Source: Lama guanicoe
Lineage: Eukaryota
Assembly: GCA_013239625.1 (NCBI GenBank)
Contig: MU054027.1
Span: 124,014 to 178,363 of the forward strand
Length of the DNA: 54,350 nucleotides
Reading direction: 5' to 3'
The notes beneath the pieces are model-generated. The model worked only from the letters and a program-made list of their open reading frames with translations, did no database searches and was not told the DNA's origin. Positions within the stretch are counted from its first letter, which is position 1. Every line of letters starts with the position of its first letter. The position numbers were made by a program, and so were the translations under genes. Below are positions 51,782 to 54,350 of the stretch, one piece after another.

Positions 51782-52671
51782 GTACCGTCTCCTTTTGCTG
51801 TTTTTCTTCTTCTTTTACTCCCTAACCGTCGAGGGTCCTTAATACGTAAGCGGGTGGACGCGTCGCCCCTGCGTCCTGACGTTTGCCTTTTCCCGTCACC
51901 ATTCTCGCCTAATGTTTTCTAATCCACAACTGCTGAAGTCGTTCTGGGCTTTCGGTCCCGCGAGCGCACAGTCCACTTGTGTGAGTTTTCCACGCTCGCC
52001 TACGGAAAGCGGTGTCCGTGTCTGAATTCTTTGCCTCCAGTACTTTTCCCCGGTAGGTTAGGCCAAGGGACTGAATGTAGGCGGTTCCCTGTGCGAGTTC
52101 GGTGAGGTTTAAGATGTCTCCCGTTTTGTCTTGTGTTTTCGGCACTCCTCGTCTTGGATGAGTCGACTGTTGTCCCTTACCGAAGCTTGCCAGTGGGGCC
52201 TTCCCGTTCCCTTCCCACTCGGTGGGTTCAGGATTTCCGTGTGACTTCTCATGCCGTTTCCCACCTCGTCCTGCGGCCCAAGCTGCCCTTCCTGGAATCC
52301 CTCACCCTGCCCCCTCTGCGCTCGGCCTGTCTTTGAAGACACGGCCTGGACATTCCAGTATTCCCCGAGCCAGGACCCGCCCCCAAATCTTCTCTCCTTC
52401 GTGTCGTGCCTGTCCGATCCCTTTGGCTGTAGAGCTGCTGAGTGGTCCTTTAGTGTGCTGATTGGTGTTCACGGGCCCCTGCCTCTGGTAACAGTACAGG
52501 GCAGGATCTGTCCTTTGTGTGTATTCCCAGCTTTTGCCAGGATAATGCCTGTGACTTGATAGACACTGTAGATAGCTCCTGCCTCGCTGACTGATAGACT
52601 GAATGGCCCCGTGCATGAGTAGGATGGTTCCTCAAGGTGGGTTTTTGGGTTCTTCCGTTTTGTTGTTACAG

Positions 52672-53281
52672 GAAGGGGTGCCCGAGCCAGAAACCGAACG
52701 GGAAGACACCCGTCCTGAGACGAACGTAGCTGACGAAGGTGCTCTGGAGGAGCCAACCGAGGACGAGACATTGACGTCTGTGCTCGCAGCAGACCAGCCT
52801 GACATGTCCGGTAAGTGGGCGAACATCCCTGGAGGTTGATTTTTTCTTCCGTCTGTGCTTAAACGCCACGGTGGGGCCAGGGAAGGGGGTAGCTGGTGGG
52901 TAGATGGATGGCATGCTTCGGACGCAGGAGTTCCTGGGCTCCATCGCCAGGACCTCCGTCGAAAGAAAGAAGCTACGGGCGAACCTAAAGTACCTCAAGA
53001 CTCTAGGTCCAGATACCACCTGCAGTACTGCTTGCTTCCCTTTTGCCCACTGTCTTCCCACACATCCCAAACACGACCAGGTTTTCCCTCGAGAAAATTC
53101 TTCAGTCCTCTGAAGGTCCTTTGGGCCACGTTAGTTTACGGAAAGATTCTTGAATGGGGTTAGACTTCCCGGGTGTGGGTAGAATTCAAAGTGGTCAGTG
53201 TTGTCGCTACCATGTGTGTGCCTGCACCCTCTAGGTGACAGATCGGGACAAGAGGAAGACGCGGAGTCCCCTGACGAGGAG
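52672..53281 (+). CDS. Core unit 5 putative coding exon pair (A 52672-52810, B 53235-53281)
   Basis: As unit 3, except ACA>AGA (T>R) at 53241. Confidence 0.55.
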
Positions 53282-54171
53282 GTACCGTCTGCTTTTGCTG
53301 TTTTTCTTCTTCTTTTACTCCCTAACCGTCGAGGGTCCTTAATACGTAAGCGGGTGGACGCGTCGCCCCTGCGTCCTGACGTTTGCCTTTTCCCGTCACC
53401 ATTCTCGCCTAATGTTTTCTAATCCACAACTGCTGAAGTCGTTCTGGGCTTTCGGTCCCGCGAGCGCACAGTCCACTTGTGTGAGTTTTCCACGCTCGCC
53501 TACGGAAAGCGGTGTCCGTGTCTGAATTCTTTGCCTCCAGTACTTTTCCCCGGTAGGTTAGGCCAAGGGAGTGAATGCAGGTGGTTCCCTGTGCGAGTTC
53601 GGTGAGGTTTAAGATGTCTCCCGTTTCGTCTTGTGTTTTCGGCACTCCTCGTCTTGGATGAGTCGACTGTTGTCCCTTACCGAAGCTTGCCAGTGGGGCC
53701 TTCCCGTTCCCTTCCCACTCGGTGGGTTCAGGATTTCCGTGTGACTTCTCATGCCGTTTCCCACCTCGTCCTGCGGCCCAAGCTGCCCTTCTTGTAATCC
53801 CTCACCCTGCCCCCTCTGCGCTCGGCCTGTCTTTGAAGACACGGCCTGGACATTCCAGTATTCCCCGAGCCAGCACCCGCCCCCAAATCTTCTCTCCTTC
53901 GTGTGGTGCCTGTCCGATCCCTTTGGCTGAAGAGCTGCTGAGTGGTCCTTTAGTGTGCTGATTGGTGTTCACGGGCCCCTGCCTCTGGTAACAATACAGG
54001 GCCGGATCTGTCCTTTGTGTGTATTCCCAGCTTTTGCCAGGATAATGCCTGTGACTTGATAGACACTGTAGATAGCTCCTGCCTCGCTGACTGATAGACT
54101 GAATGGCCCCGTGCATGAGTAGGATGGTTCCTCAAGGTGGGTTTTTGGGTTCTTCCGTTTTGTTGTTACAG

Positions 54172-54310
54172 GAAGGGGTGCCCGAGCCAGAAACCGAACG
54201 GGAAGACACCCGTCCTGAGACGAACGTAGCTGACGAAGGTGCTCTGGAGGAGCCAACCGAGGACGAGACATTGACGTCTGTGCTCGCAGCAGACCAGCCT
54301 CACATGTCCG
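54172..54310 (+). CDS. Core unit 6 exon A
   Basis: As unit 3, except GAC>CAC (D>H) at 54301. Donor gtaagt intact. Confidence 0.5.
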
Positions 54311-54350
54311 GTAAGTGGGCGAACATCCCTGAAGGTTGATTTTTTCTTCC

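Larger units (their letters stand above)
45095..54350 (+). repeat. Tandem macrosatellite of ~1.5-kb units containing two ANKRD26-derived exons; at least 6 full units plus a partial, running off the window
   Basis: Exon A starts at 45100, 46599, 48125, 49672, 51172, 52672 and 54172. The period is exactly 1500 bp from about 49.3 kb, and the ORF track repeats at +1500. Confidence 0.97.

Noticed and set aside
49278..54271. Many recurring ORFs on both strands in the array, other than the exon A/B frame
   Set aside because: They recur only because the DNA is tandemly duplicated and GC-rich. They overlap intron and SINE sequence, and most are not preserved in the diverged units.
45095..54350. CRISPR-like array, or a pure assembly artefact
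   Set aside because: The DNA is eukaryotic with no repeat-spacer structure. Diverged edge units and unit-specific substitutions show real duplication, although the core copy number may be misassembled.

Overview
Mammalian genomic DNA, probably camelid (inferred from the tRNA-derived SINE and L1 3' UTR style), with two N-gaps. It looks like a segmental-duplication mosaic of intron-containing gene fragments. In order: one OTOF exon (- strand, 230-349); a degraded DRC1 copy with an internal deletion (-, 1120-7647); an unidentified CpG island with a first-exon splice donor (about 9.6-10.7 kb); six consecutive CD109 exons with a disrupted thioester motif (+, 13629-22341); an LTR-like element; and the 5' part of an ANKRD26-family gene with a probable frameshift and a stop (+, from 31104). 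From about 45.1 kb to the window end, two ANKRD26-derived exons and their introns are amplified as a ~1.5-kb tandem macrosatellite. Three diverged edge units grade into near-identical, CpG-rich units of exactly 1500 bp. Each core unit keeps canonical splice sites and a frame-preserving exon pair encoding a 62-aa, highly acidic module. Gene identities and exon numbers come from recalled protein sequences, not a database search.
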